Shown here: positions 26,114 to 35,001 of the stretch, one piece after another | How positions within the stretch are numbered: position 1 is the stretch's first letter | Layout of the letters: each line of letters starts with the position of its first letter | Source: an uncultured Bacteroidales bacterium | GTDB lineage: Bacteria > Bacteroidota > Bacteroidia > Bacteroidales > UBA3824 | Assembly: GCA_946624925.1 (NCBI GenBank) | Contig: CAMOSO010000069.1 | Location: 14,170 to 78,169 of the forward strand | Direction of reading: 5' to 3' | Length of the DNA: 64,000 bases | The notes under the pieces: model-generated | What the model saw: only the letters and a program-made list of their open reading frames with translations | What the model was told of the DNA's origin: nothing | The model's database searches: none | Made by a program: the position numbers and the translations under genes

Positions 26114-28378
26114 ATGAAAAACATTCACAAACTATTCTTCGGCATCGCTATGGTGGCAATGTTCACTGGATGTTCAGAAGACAAGGAGTCCAATCCCATA
26201 TCAGAGATTGACACCGACACCCCGACACCTTCCGTCGGCACGCTAATCACCATCAACGCCGCTGTTGACACCGACCAATCGCTTAGCAAGGTCGCTCTCC
26301 AACAGGCAGACAACTCTCTCGACCTGCTTTCGCAATGGCAGGAGGACGACCAGATTCAGGTTTTTGCCCGTCAGAACGGCAAAAACTACAAAATCTCCGA
26401 CCAAATCGCCGTTGAAAACATCTCAGCGGACGGACGTTCTTGCTCGTTCAACATCGTTCTTCCCAGCGAAATAGACCCTGCAAAGACCTACCAAGTAATA
26501 GGACTTTGCGGCGTACAAGGCTCAATCAACGACGACGGCATCCTGTCCTTCGACGCATCTACGCAGCGAAAACCAATTCTAAAATTCCGTGCGCCCCTGA
26601 TGTTCGCGGCATCGGCAACCTCCACCACCGTGGAAGCCAACTTCAAACACATTGGTGCATACGAAATCCTGCACGTAGTCAACAACAGCACTGCTGGCAT
26701 CACCTTCTCCCACAACGGCTACACCACCGAAAAAGGATGGTACTACAATAGATTCCGTTGCACCTACGATTGCAACAAGACCAACGCAACCATCGCAGCA
26801 GAAGATATTTGGGGCTATCAGGACATCAACGACACCCCCGTTCCCTCTGGCAAGATGGCAACCATCGTATCTTGGTACGTCCCCAACGGCAACTCTATCA
26901 CCCAAGCCTATCTCGAAGCGGGCATCAATGGTGGCGGAGTGCGCTCCTCCAACGCCAAAACCTCCAATACGATAATTCGTGCTGGCAACGCATACCATCT
27001 TTATGTTACTTGGGATGGTCAGAAACTCAAATTTGGTGACCAAAGTATCACTACCAACGTTGTCGCATCTATGGATGGCGCGGCTGTCGCGTCATATATC
27101 AAAGGTCTTGCCGCTGGCGAACACACCATCAAATTGGAGGGCGTGTGTGATGCTTCCGTCATTCGTAGTGCCATGCAAGCCAACCCCTCAGCAATCATCA
27201 ACCTCGATCTCCGCAACTGCGATATTACCGCCAACTTCAACGGCGTAACATCCTTGAAGTCAGTACAATTGCCTCTTACCACTACCGAAATAGCCGAATC
27301 TGCCTTCAAAGGTTGCACAGCGCTCCGTAGTGTCTTGATGCCTGACCGCGTAGAAAACATCGGCGCAAGTGCATTTGCATCGTGCAAATCGTTGGAAGTT
27401 ATCAACATCCCCTCAAAACTCGTTAAAGTAGGAGCCAACGCCTTCAAAAACTGTGCAAAGCTCACCAACATTGCCCTGCCCGAAAAGATGAACTACATCG
27501 GCTCCAATGCCTTCGCCGACTGCGACAATATGACAATCACTGTCGCTAAACCCGACAACTGGTGGTTTTCAGCCAAAGCAGGCGCGAAAGGCACTCGCAT
27601 CCCCGAGCAGCTCACTCAATCTTGGCTCATTGACAACAGTGGTTACAATTACTTCCGCTCCATCGAATGGTCAGTTTCTGACGACGGCAACACCCGCACC
27701 TACATCATCAACGGCGTAAAACTCGAAATGGTTCTCGTAGAAGGCGGCACATTCTGGATGGGTGCACAAAGAGAAGACCCGGAATTGCCAAATTATGATT
27801 CATTGGCAAATGATGATGAAGCACCAGTGCACGAAGTTACACTTGACAATTTCTATATCACAAAATATGTCATTACAAGGGCACAATGGTATGCTATTAT
27901 GGGAGGTGATATTGAACAAGATGACTACATTTATCCTATAATTGGCACTTCTTGGGGAAGAACAAATGATTTTATCAACAATCTTAATGAATTGACAACC
28001 AATAAATTTCGTCTTCCTACAGAATCAGAATGGGAATTTGCTGCACGAGGAGGAAAGAAATCCAAAGGCTACAAATATAGCGGTGGCAATGAAATAAGTT
28101 TTGTCGCGTGGTATTATGGTAATTCAGGAAACCAAGTCAATCCTGTTGGACAAAGAAGTCCAAATGAACTTGGCATTTATGATATGACAGGTAATACGTG
28201 GGAAATGTGCTTGTACAATGTTTATAGCAATGAAAAGGAATGTAATCCTATGGGATCAAGTCCCACATGGCGTAGTTGTACTTATGGCTGTCAGGGCAGT
28301 GACTGTCGTATCACATTGCGTTTCCCAGATAATCAGACTGACTATGATGATGGTTTCCGCCTTGTCATCCGTCCCTAA
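26114..28378 (+). CDS. Surface lipoprotein fusing an N-terminal beta-rich region, a BspA-type LRR region and a C-terminal formylglycine-generating-enzyme (SUMF1/FGE) fold domain
   Basis: 754 aa. Lipobox MFTGCSEDKE. LRR segment SAFKGCTALRSVLMPDRVENIGASAFASCKSLEVINIPSKLVKVGANAFKNCAKLTNIALPEKMNYIGSNAFADC. FGE motifs MVLVEGGTFWMGAQ, DEAPVHEVTLDNFYITKYVIT, PTESEWEFAARGG, YDMTGNTWEMC, GFRLV. Confidence 0.7.
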   Translation: MKNIHKLFFGIAMVAMFTGCSEDKESNPISEIDTDTPTPSVGTLITINAAVDTDQSLSKVALQQADNSLDLLSQWQEDDQIQVFARQNGKNYKISDQIAVENISADGRSCSFNIVLPSEIDPAKTYQVIGLCGVQGSINDDGILSFDASTQRKPILKFRAPLMFAASATSTTVEANFKHIGAYEILHVVNNSTAGITFSHNGYTTEKGWYYNRFRCTYDCNKTNATIAAEDIWGYQDINDTPVPSGKMATIVSWYVPNGNSITQAYLEAGINGGGVRSSNAKTSNTIIRAGNAYHLYVTWDGQKLKFGDQSITTNVVASMDGAAVASYIKGLAAGEHTIKLEGVCDASVIRSAMQANPSAIINLDLRNCDITANFNGVTSLKSVQLPLTTTEIAESAFKGCTALRSVLMPDRVENIGASAFASCKSLEVINIPSKLVKVGANAFKNCAKLTNIALPEKMNYIGSNAFADCDNMTITVAKPDNWWFSAKAGAKGTRIPEQLTQSWLIDNSGYNYFRSIEWSVSDDGNTRTYIINGVKLEMVLVEGGTFWMGAQREDPELPNYDSLANDDEAPVHEVTLDNFYITKYVITRAQWYAIMGGDIEQDDYIYPIIGTSWGRTNDFINNLNELTTNKFRLPTESEWEFAARGGKKSKGYKYSGGNEISFVAWYYGNSGNQVNPVGQRSPNELGIYDMTGNTWEMCLYNVYSNEKECNPMGSSPTWRSCTYGCQGSDCRITLRFPDNQTDYDDGFRLVIRP

Positions 28379-28442
28379 TCCTCCCGCACCTCTCATGGTT
28401 GAGTCTGGCTGACATAATTGTCAGCCGCGCCCATTCCCATCG

Positions 28443-28476
28443 TAGGGGCGTACCTCGTGTGCGCCCCTATTTTTTC
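28443..28476 (+). terminator. Intrinsic terminator (GC-rich REP-like hairpin plus T-run) after the FGE lipoprotein gene
   Basis: TAGGGGCG...CGCCCCTA 8-bp stem followed by tttttt. A separate 8-bp hairpin GGCTGACA-TAAT-TGTCAGCC lies at 28407-28426. Confidence 0.65.
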
Positions 28477-28511
28477 TTTCATTTTTTCTTTGAAAAATCA
28501 AAAGAAAAGCG

Positions 28512-28519
28512 TACTTTTG
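28512..28519 (+). promoter_or_regulatory. Candidate -7 promoter box TAnnTTTG (TACTTTTG)
   Basis: 41 nt upstream of the ftsK ATG at 28560. Confidence 0.35.
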
Positions 28520-28559
28520 CAAAAATTTTTACCTTAGTTTCTAACAATTAAACAATAGA

Positions 28560-31331
28560 ATGGGGCGCAAGAAATTAGAATATGAATCGCCGGTCGATAA
28601 GCTCATCAATTTTTTCAAGGACGAACGCACCAAGTTTGCCTTGGGGCTTGGGATGATGCTGTTGACTGTGATTGCATTGCTGGGTTTTGTTTCCTACTTG
28701 TTTACGTGGAAGGAAGACCAGAGCAAATTTGAGATTGGCATTTTCCGTTTCTTATTCAATAGCGACATCGAGGTCGCCAATAGCGGCAGCAAGATTGGCG
28801 CGCTGCTCGCTCATATCTTCATACACAACCTCTTTGGCGTGCCTGCGTTTGCGTTCCTATGGATTTTTGCGCTCGCTGCGCTCAAAGTGTTCAAATTTGA
28901 GCCAGCACCATTCTGGCCCACAGTCAAACATTCGTTGATATGGATGGTGTGGTCGTCGGTGTTTCTCTCGATGATTTTTGGCAACGATTCCTTCTTCCTT
29001 GGCGGCGTGTTCGGCTATGAAGTTGACCGCTGGTTTGAGTCGGTGATAGGCAAATTTGGCACTGCATTGTTTCTGTTGATATGTGCGGGAGCCATCATTA
29101 TGATGACCTTTGAAAATTCCGTAAGTTGGGTGAAAATCTTTGGCGACGATCTCCGCCGTCATCGCAACCTCAAAAATGCTTGGCAGACCGCCAACACCTT
29201 TGCAAAGTCGATGACCGAGACTCAGAAACTCAACGCCGAAAAGCAGCAGGGCAACACATCCACGCGCACCCGCACCAAAAAAGACGACGACAATTACGAC
29301 GACGTTATATTCGAGGATGACAACCGTGGCGACGACAACAATTCGCTCAACAGCCCCATCAATACGCCCAAGCAGGACGGCGGCGGCAAGGGCATCGGCT
29401 CTTTTGTACGCGATATATTTGGCGGCAAGGATTACGTGGGCAAGGATCAGAAGATAGATTTTGATGGCAATGGACGCCAGCAGCCACAGCAGCCGCAACA
29501 GCCTCAGCCCGCTAATGGTGCACGTCAGCCCGAGCAGGTGGAAGCCAGCGGTCAGACTTCCGTCAAGGAGCGTTATGTGTTAGGAGGCAATTCCAACGAC
29601 AATCCCGACGGCATCGATTTTGATGTGGAGGACACCACCGATGCCGACGAACAGCCCGAAGTGCAGTTTGACGCGCCCGATCCCGATGTACAGCCGTCGG
29701 AGGTTACGCCAGGCACATCGTCATTTACAGCTACGGCAACATCTACTGAGGGCGAGGCTATGCCGCTCGAGGTGGAGACCAATCACGACATCACCGTATC
29801 CGACATCAGCAACCTGCCGCCATACGACCCCACGCTCGACCTTTCCGACTACAAGTTGCCGCCGGTGTCGCTGCTCAACCATCTCGACAACAAGAAGACC
29901 GTATCCGACGCGGAACTCACCGAAAATAAGACCAAAATCGTAAACGTCTTGAAAGACTTCCGCATCAAGCTCACCAAGATAAAGGCGAACATTGGTCCCA
30001 CCGTTACTCTCTACGAACTTACGCCCGCACCAGGCGTCAAAATCTCCAAAATCAAGAGCCTCGAAGACGACATCATGATGAACTTGAAGGCTACTGGTAT
30101 CCGTATCATTGCGCCGATTCCCGGTCGTGGCACTGTCGGTATCGAAGTCCCCAACCAAAACCCGGAGATTGTAACGATGGAATCGCTGATAACATCGGCG
30201 GCGTTCCAAAACAGCAAATACGAACTCCCACTCGCCATCGGCAAGACCATCAGCAACGAGAGTTACGTCATCGACCTTACCAAATGTCCTCACCTGCTTG
30301 TCGCTGGTGCTACTGGTCAGGGTAAGTCGGTAGGTCTCAACGCCATCATTGCGTCGATACTTTATAAGAAACATCCCGCGCAGGTGAAGTTTGTGCTTGT
30401 TGACCCCAAGAAAGTGGAGCTCACACTTTATAAAAAGATAGAGAAGCACTACCTCGCCAAGCTCCCTGAAAGCGAGGACGCCATCATCACCGACGTCGAG
30501 AAGGTGAAGCAGACACTCAATTCGCTCACCGTGGAGATGGACAATCGCTACGACCTGCTCAAAGAGGCTGAGTGCCGCAATATCAAGGAATATAACGCCA
30601 AGTTTATCGCACGCCGACTCAACCCCGAGCGCGGACACAAGTTTCTACCTTATATAATAGTGGTAATCGATGAGTTTGCCGACCTCATCATGACCGCCGG
30701 CAAGGAAGTGGAAAAACCACTTGCGCGTATCGCACAGCTCGCCCGAGCCATCGGCATACATCTGATTGTTGCCACGCAGCGTCCTACCACCAATATCATC
30801 ACGGGTACTATCAAGGCCAACTTCCCGTCGCGAATCGCCTTCAAGGTGTCGTCTGCCGTCGATTCCAAGACCATCCTTGATACCACTGGAGCCAACCACC
30901 TCATTGGCCGTGGCGATATGCTTGTGCAATATGGCAGCGACGGCATCACACGTCTGCAATGTGCCTTCATCGACACTCCCGAACTCGAAAAAATCACCGA
31001 GTACATCGGCTCGCAGCGTGGCTACCCGACCACATACGAACTTCCCGAGCCCGACATCGAGGCGGGCGACGAGTCGGAGGCAGTCGATCTTTCCAAGCGC
31101 GATTCCATGTTTGAGGAGGCGGCACGCATCATCGTATCCACGCAGCAGGGCAGCACGTCGATGCTTCAGCGCAAACTCGAAATCGGTTACAACCGCGCCG
31201 GACGCATCATGGACCAGCTCGAAGCCGCCGGCATCGTGGGTCCCGCCGAAGGCAGCAAGCCACGCAAGGTATATATCGACTCCGAATACGCCCTCGAACA
31301 ATTCATCCAAAATCTCGACCGCAGCCTGTGA
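28560..31331 (+). CDS. ftsK: DNA translocase FtsK
   Basis: 923 aa. N-terminal TM segments and a Gln/Pro/acidic linker. Motor domain with Walker A LVAGATGQGKSVGLN and VVIDEFADL. Gamma domain STSMLQRKLEIGYNRAGRIMDQLEAAGIVGP. Confidence 0.95.
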   Translation: MGRKKLEYESPVDKLINFFKDERTKFALGLGMMLLTVIALLGFVSYLFTWKEDQSKFEIGIFRFLFNSDIEVANSGSKIGALLAHIFIHNLFGVPAFAFLWIFALAALKVFKFEPAPFWPTVKHSLIWMVWSSVFLSMIFGNDSFFLGGVFGYEVDRWFESVIGKFGTALFLLICAGAIIMMTFENSVSWVKIFGDDLRRHRNLKNAWQTANTFAKSMTETQKLNAEKQQGNTSTRTRTKKDDDNYDDVIFEDDNRGDDNNSLNSPINTPKQDGGGKGIGSFVRDIFGGKDYVGKDQKIDFDGNGRQQPQQPQQPQPANGARQPEQVEASGQTSVKERYVLGGNSNDNPDGIDFDVEDTTDADEQPEVQFDAPDPDVQPSEVTPGTSSFTATATSTEGEAMPLEVETNHDITVSDISNLPPYDPTLDLSDYKLPPVSLLNHLDNKKTVSDAELTENKTKIVNVLKDFRIKLTKIKANIGPTVTLYELTPAPGVKISKIKSLEDDIMMNLKATGIRIIAPIPGRGTVGIEVPNQNPEIVTMESLITSAAFQNSKYELPLAIGKTISNESYVIDLTKCPHLLVAGATGQGKSVGLNAIIASILYKKHPAQVKFVLVDPKKVELTLYKKIEKHYLAKLPESEDAIITDVEKVKQTLNSLTVEMDNRYDLLKEAECRNIKEYNAKFIARRLNPERGHKFLPYIIVVIDEFADLIMTAGKEVEKPLARIAQLARAIGIHLIVATQRPTTNIITGTIKANFPSRIAFKVSSAVDSKTILDTTGANHLIGRGDMLVQYGSDGITRLQCAFIDTPELEKITEYIGSQRGYPTTYELPEPDIEAGDESEAVDLSKRDSMFEEAARIIVSTQQGSTSMLQRKLEIGYNRAGRIMDQLEAAGIVGPAEGSKPRKVYIDSEYALEQFIQNLDRSL

Positions 31332-31408
31332 CGCAAAAAAAATCTTCACTCTGATTGCGCGTCATCAACTATTTATGCAGTAGTAACAAACAAATAAAGC
31401 ATAATACC

Positions 31409-32116
31409 ATGAAAATCATTACAAAAGTATTGTCAGCAGCAATAATGGCGTTGCTCTTTGTAGCACCCGCAATGGCGCAGGACGACGCTCACGATCCCGC
31501 CGCCAAGAAAATCCTCGACAAGGTGCAGCAGACCACGCAGAGCTACCAGACGCTCCGCGCATCATTCGACTGGACTCTCGAAAACAAGGCAGAGAAGACC
31601 AAGGACACCAAGAGTGGATTCATGTTTCTCAAAGGTGGCAAATACAAATTGATACTTGCTGGCACAGAGATGTTTAGCGACGGCACTACGATGTGGACTT
31701 ACTCCAAGGATGCCAACGAAATCACCATCTCCGACGTGGAGGAGGACGAAGACAATATCATCAGCAATCCTACAAAGATATTCGACCTCTACCAAAAAGG
31801 CTTCAAGTACGCCCTCAAAGGCGAGGAGCAGCGCAGTGTAAAGGTAAAGAAAGACGGCAAGGTGGTCTCCGAGAAAAAGATGTGCCAAATCATCGACCTC
31901 TACCCCGAGAAGCCCAAGGGCAAGGAATTTCATACCGTGGAGCTCGTCATCGTGAAGGAGACGGCGCAGATAGCCACCATCGACATCAAATTCAAGAACG
32001 GCAGCGACCAAATCATCGAAATCACCGAATACAAGCCAAACGCCACAATGGCGGACGCGCTCTTCACCTACGACCCCGCCAAATATCCCGGCGCGGAAGT
32101 CAACGACATGAGGTAG
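31409..32116 (+). CDS. lolA: Outer-membrane lipoprotein carrier protein LolA-like
   Basis: Start chosen at MKIITKVLSAAIMALLFVAPAMAQ, 18 codons into the tracked ORF. LolA-like beta-rich body. The ftsK-lolA adjacency is a widely conserved synteny. Confidence 0.7.
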   Translation: MKIITKVLSAAIMALLFVAPAMAQDDAHDPAAKKILDKVQQTTQSYQTLRASFDWTLENKAEKTKDTKSGFMFLKGGKYKLILAGTEMFSDGTTMWTYSKDANEITISDVEEDEDNIISNPTKIFDLYQKGFKYALKGEEQRSVKVKKDGKVVSEKKMCQIIDLYPEKPKGKEFHTVELVIVKETAQIATIDIKFKNGSDQIIEITEYKPNATMADALFTYDPAKYPGAEVNDMR

Positions 32117-32160
32117 GGCGGCTATTTAGATACCAACATCACACCTTATATATAGATACG

Positions 32161-32203
32161 ACGGTTGCAATGTGTCGGACAAGGCAGATTGCAACCGTTT
32201 TTT
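32161..32203 (+). terminator. Intrinsic terminator after lolA
   Basis: ACGGTTGCAAT / ATTGCAACCGT 11-bp stem followed by tttttt. Confidence 0.75.
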
Positions 32204-32278
32204 CGCGTATTTGACAGAATATCAAAAAAAAACGAAAAAAATCTTTCAAAAAAATTTTATTTATCTTGCAAAAACCCT

Positions 32279-32286
32279 TATATTTG
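32279..32286 (+). promoter_or_regulatory. Candidate -7 promoter box TAnnTTTG (TATATTTG)
   Basis: 48 nt upstream of the HU gene ATG at 32334. Confidence 0.4.
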
Positions 32287-32333
32287 CAGTCGGAAAAAAT
32301 CAATAGTAAAACGTATTAAATAACAATAACAAA

Positions 32334-32618
32334 ATGACAAAAGCAGACATCGTAAACGAGATTTCCAAGAACACGGGAATTGAGAAAGTAACTGTCCAGA
32401 AGGCTGTCGAGGCGTTCATGGACACCATCAAAGATGCGTTGGTTGCAGAGAAGAACGTATATCTTCGTGGATTCGGCAGCTTCGTTATCAAGAAGAGGGC
32501 CCAGAAGACTGCGCGCAACATCTCCAAGAACACTACGATTGTGATTCCGGAGCACAACATCCCTGCGTTCAAGCCTTCTAAGGTTTTCGTCGGCGAAGTT
32601 AAAGATAAGAAGAAATAA
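32334..32618 (+). CDS. HU/IHF-family DNA-binding protein
   Basis: 94 aa. MTKADIVNEISKNTGIEKVTVQKAVEAFMDTIKDAL...VYLRGFGSFVIKKRAQKTARNISKNTTIVIPEHNIPAFKPSK. Confidence 0.9.
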   Translation: MTKADIVNEISKNTGIEKVTVQKAVEAFMDTIKDALVAEKNVYLRGFGSFVIKKRAQKTARNISKNTTIVIPEHNIPAFKPSKVFVGEVKDKKK

Positions 32619-32691
32619 GTCGTGTATATCACGCGATTTGTCATCTTTTTTAGAATAGTCAACCTTATTTATTAACACAAAAACTCCAAAA

Positions 32692-32781
32692 ATGCCAAGC
32701 GGAAAGAAGAGAAAACGCCACAAGATGGCTACTCACAAGCGCAAAAAACGTCTGCGCAAGGACAGGCACAAGAAGAAATAG
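32692..32781 (+). CDS. 30S ribosomal protein THX (bTHX)
   Basis: Not in the ORF track because it is only 29 aa. My own translation is MPSGKKRKRHKMATHKRKKRLRKDRHKKK*. It is extremely basic and of typical THX size and composition. Confidence 0.6.
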   Translation: MPSGKKRKRHKMATHKRKKRLRKDRHKKK

Positions 32782-32848
32782 CAGATTCTTGTACTTCCCC
32801 TAACTCTATTACCTCTGTATCATACAGATAAACTAAAACTGATACTAA

Positions 32849-34417
32849 GTGGACAACGAACAGGTAACTAATGATTTAGTTGTAAATGCTACAGAGTCGG
32901 AAGTGATACTGGCCTTGCTTGAAGACAAGCGGCTGGTAGAGATTCACAAGGAGAAGAGGAACAGACGGTTTTGTGTAGGTGACATTTACTTAGGAAAAGT
33001 GAAGAAAATAATGCCGGCCCTCAATGCGGCATTCGTAGATGTTGGATTCGAGAAGGACGCGTTCCTGCACTATCAGGATTTAGGGCCGCAATTCTCCACT
33101 TTGCACAAGTACATTCAGGTCGCCATCGACAATCCCAAGAACCTCAAGCCCCTGCAATCTATCAATCTAATGCCCGAAATCAACAAGAAGGGCAAGATTA
33201 CCGAACAGCTGTCATCTGGTCAGAGGGTGGTTGTTCAGATTAGCAAGGAACCGATCAACACCAAGGGACCAAGGCTCACGTCCGAGGTCTCTATCGCGGG
33301 CAGGAACCTCGTGCTTCTGCCTTTCTCCGATAAGGTGTCGGTTTCCCAAAAAATTAAGTTGAAGGAAGAGCGCGAACGGCTTAGGCAGCTCATACAGTCT
33401 ATCAAGCCAAAAAATTATGGCATCATCGTGCGCACCGAGGCGCAGAATAGACGTGTGGCTGTGCTCGACGCCGAAATCAAGTCGCTCGTGGAGAAATGGG
33501 AGTCGGCGCTCAAGGCGTTGGGGGGATGTTTCCCTCCAAAACTGCTCGCCGGCGAGATGGACGCCACTTCCACCATACTCCGCGACACTCTCAACAACTC
33601 GTTCAACAGCATCGTAGTAAACGACCCAGCCCTCTATCACGAGGCACGGTCGTTCATCTGCGACATCGCGCCAGAACAAGAGAAGATTGTAAAGCTCGAT
33701 ACCGACAAGACGCCGATTTTCGACCGTTACTTCAACATCAACAAACAGATCAAGCTCCTCTTTGGTAAGACTGTTACTTTCAAGAACGGTGCATACCTCA
33801 TCATGGAGCATACGGAGGCTCTTTTTGTTATTGACGTCAATAGCGGCAACCGCGCAAGCAACACCGACCAGGAGTCAAATGCGCTTGACGTAAACCTCGC
33901 TGCCGCCGACGAGATAGCACGCCAGCTCAGGCTAAGGGACATTGGCGGCATCATCGTGGTCGATTTCATCGACATGCACAAAAACGAAAACAAAAAGGAA
34001 CTCTACGACAGGATGCGTCAGGCGATGTCCAAGGACAAGACCAAACACAACATCCTGCCTCTCAGCAAATTCTGCCTCATGCAGATAACAAGGCAGCGCG
34101 TTAGGCCAGAGATGGACATGAAGACGCAGGAAACTTGTCCGTGCTGTGGTGGCACGGGTCAAATAACGTCCTCTATTGTGCTTGCCGACGAAATCGAGGA
34201 CAATATCAAGAATGTCCTTGACGAAAATGTCGTAAGCAAGTTGTACCTGACTGTAAACCCAATCGTGGAGGCCTATCTGACCAAGGGCGTCATCTCGATA
34301 AGGATGAAGTGGATGCTGAAATACAAAGTCATGATTAAAATTATAGCCGACTCTGAATATGGCTTGATTAATTTCGCAATCCACGACGAAGACGGCGTAC
34401 TCCTTAACAATTACTAA
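32849..34417 (+). CDS. rng: Rne/Rng-family ribonuclease (RNase G-like)
   Basis: 522 aa with a GTG start. S1 domain GDIYLGKVKKIMPALNAAFVDVG. Catalytic core LFVIDVNSG...GGIIVVDFIDM. Zn-link CPCCGGTG. Confidence 0.9.
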   Translation: MDNEQVTNDLVVNATESEVILALLEDKRLVEIHKEKRNRRFCVGDIYLGKVKKIMPALNAAFVDVGFEKDAFLHYQDLGPQFSTLHKYIQVAIDNPKNLKPLQSINLMPEINKKGKITEQLSSGQRVVVQISKEPINTKGPRLTSEVSIAGRNLVLLPFSDKVSVSQKIKLKEERERLRQLIQSIKPKNYGIIVRTEAQNRRVAVLDAEIKSLVEKWESALKALGGCFPPKLLAGEMDATSTILRDTLNNSFNSIVVNDPALYHEARSFICDIAPEQEKIVKLDTDKTPIFDRYFNINKQIKLLFGKTVTFKNGAYLIMEHTEALFVIDVNSGNRASNTDQESNALDVNLAAADEIARQLRLRDIGGIIVVDFIDMHKNENKKELYDRMRQAMSKDKTKHNILPLSKFCLMQITRQRVRPEMDMKTQETCPCCGGTGQITSSIVLADEIEDNIKNVLDENVVSKLYLTVNPIVEAYLTKGVISIRMKWMLKYKVMIKIIADSEYGLINFAIHDEDGVLLNNY

Positions 34418-34426
34418 CGAAATTCT

Positions 34427-34469
34427 TTGCGGTGCACCACTCGGTTTGGATGCGCCGCAATTTTTTTTT
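34427..34469 (+). terminator. Intrinsic terminator after rng
   Basis: TTGCGGTGCA / TGCGCCGCAA stem (one G-U pair) followed by ttttttttt. Confidence 0.7.
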
Positions 34470-34492
34470 ACATTCTTGTTTGTAGTTTCGAT

Positions 34493-34500
34493 TAGTTTTG
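34493..34500 (+). promoter_or_regulatory. Candidate -7 promoter box TAnnTTTG (TAGTTTTG)
   Basis: 42 nt upstream of the ATG at 34543. Confidence 0.35.
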
Positions 34501-34542
34501 CTACCTTTGGACTTGAAAAATGAATCCAAAAATATCTGAAAA

Positions 34543-34980
34543 ATGAAAGTGAAAATAGAATACGCCAAGGGAAATCCAACCAAGGAAGACCTTATGGCAC
34601 TGCAAGCCTTCATCGAAAGGAAAAAGATAAAGGGTGTGTCCCGTATAGGCCTCGCCACTACGCGTCCCAAGAAAGGCGAGATGGGCTCGGGCATTGCATC
34701 GGCTCTCTCGGCGTTGATTGGTTCTGCCACCGAGCCGCTCACTACGCTTGCTATGGCTCTTGTGGAGTGGGTGAAGCTCAAGCGGAGCGAAATCCGCCTT
34801 GTAGGCACCAGCGGCGCAGAAATCTGCATCTCGGGAAAGGTAAAGGACAAGGATCTCCAGAACGCCCTCGAAAAGTTTTTCATGCAGGAAAAGGCCAACG
34901 TGAAGGCTGGCGCAAAACGTGCCTCAAAGCCTACGCCGCCGCCTCCGCCACAGGCGCAACAGCCCGGCGACAACAAATAA
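34543..34980 (+). CDS. Small hypothetical protein with an EACC1-like (effector-associated constant component) layout
   Basis: 145 aa. KEDLMALQAFIERKK - RPKKGEMGSG - hydrophobic helical hairpin IASALSALIGSATEPLTTLAMALVEWVKLKR - SEIRLVGTSGAEICISGKVKDKDLQNALEKFF - Pro/Gln-rich tail. The family assignment is from memory of the motif order only. Confidence 0.35.
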   Translation: MKVKIEYAKGNPTKEDLMALQAFIERKKIKGVSRIGLATTRPKKGEMGSGIASALSALIGSATEPLTTLAMALVEWVKLKRSEIRLVGTSGAEICISGKVKDKDLQNALEKFFMQEKANVKAGAKRASKPTPPPPPQAQQPGDNK

Positions 34981-35001
34981 GCAATACATACATCTCAACA
35001 A

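Noticed and set aside
28230-28430. Diversity-generating retroelement (DGR) target. FGE/C-type-lectin-fold C-termini are classic DGR variable regions, and an 8-bp/4-nt-loop hairpin (28407-28426) follows the stop, as in some DGR targets.
   Set aside because: No template repeat resembling 28230-28378 and no reverse transcriptase gene exist in the window; ftsK follows directly. The hairpins are adequately explained as a terminator/REP structure. It could only be a trans target, which cannot be assessed here.
31355-31408. Longer N-terminal extension of the lolA-like ORF (MRVINYLCSSNKQIKHNT...).
   Set aside because: The extension overlaps the ftsK 3' flank and lacks signal-peptide character. The internal Met at 31409 gives a canonical signal peptide MKIITKVLSAAIMALLFVAPAMAQ.
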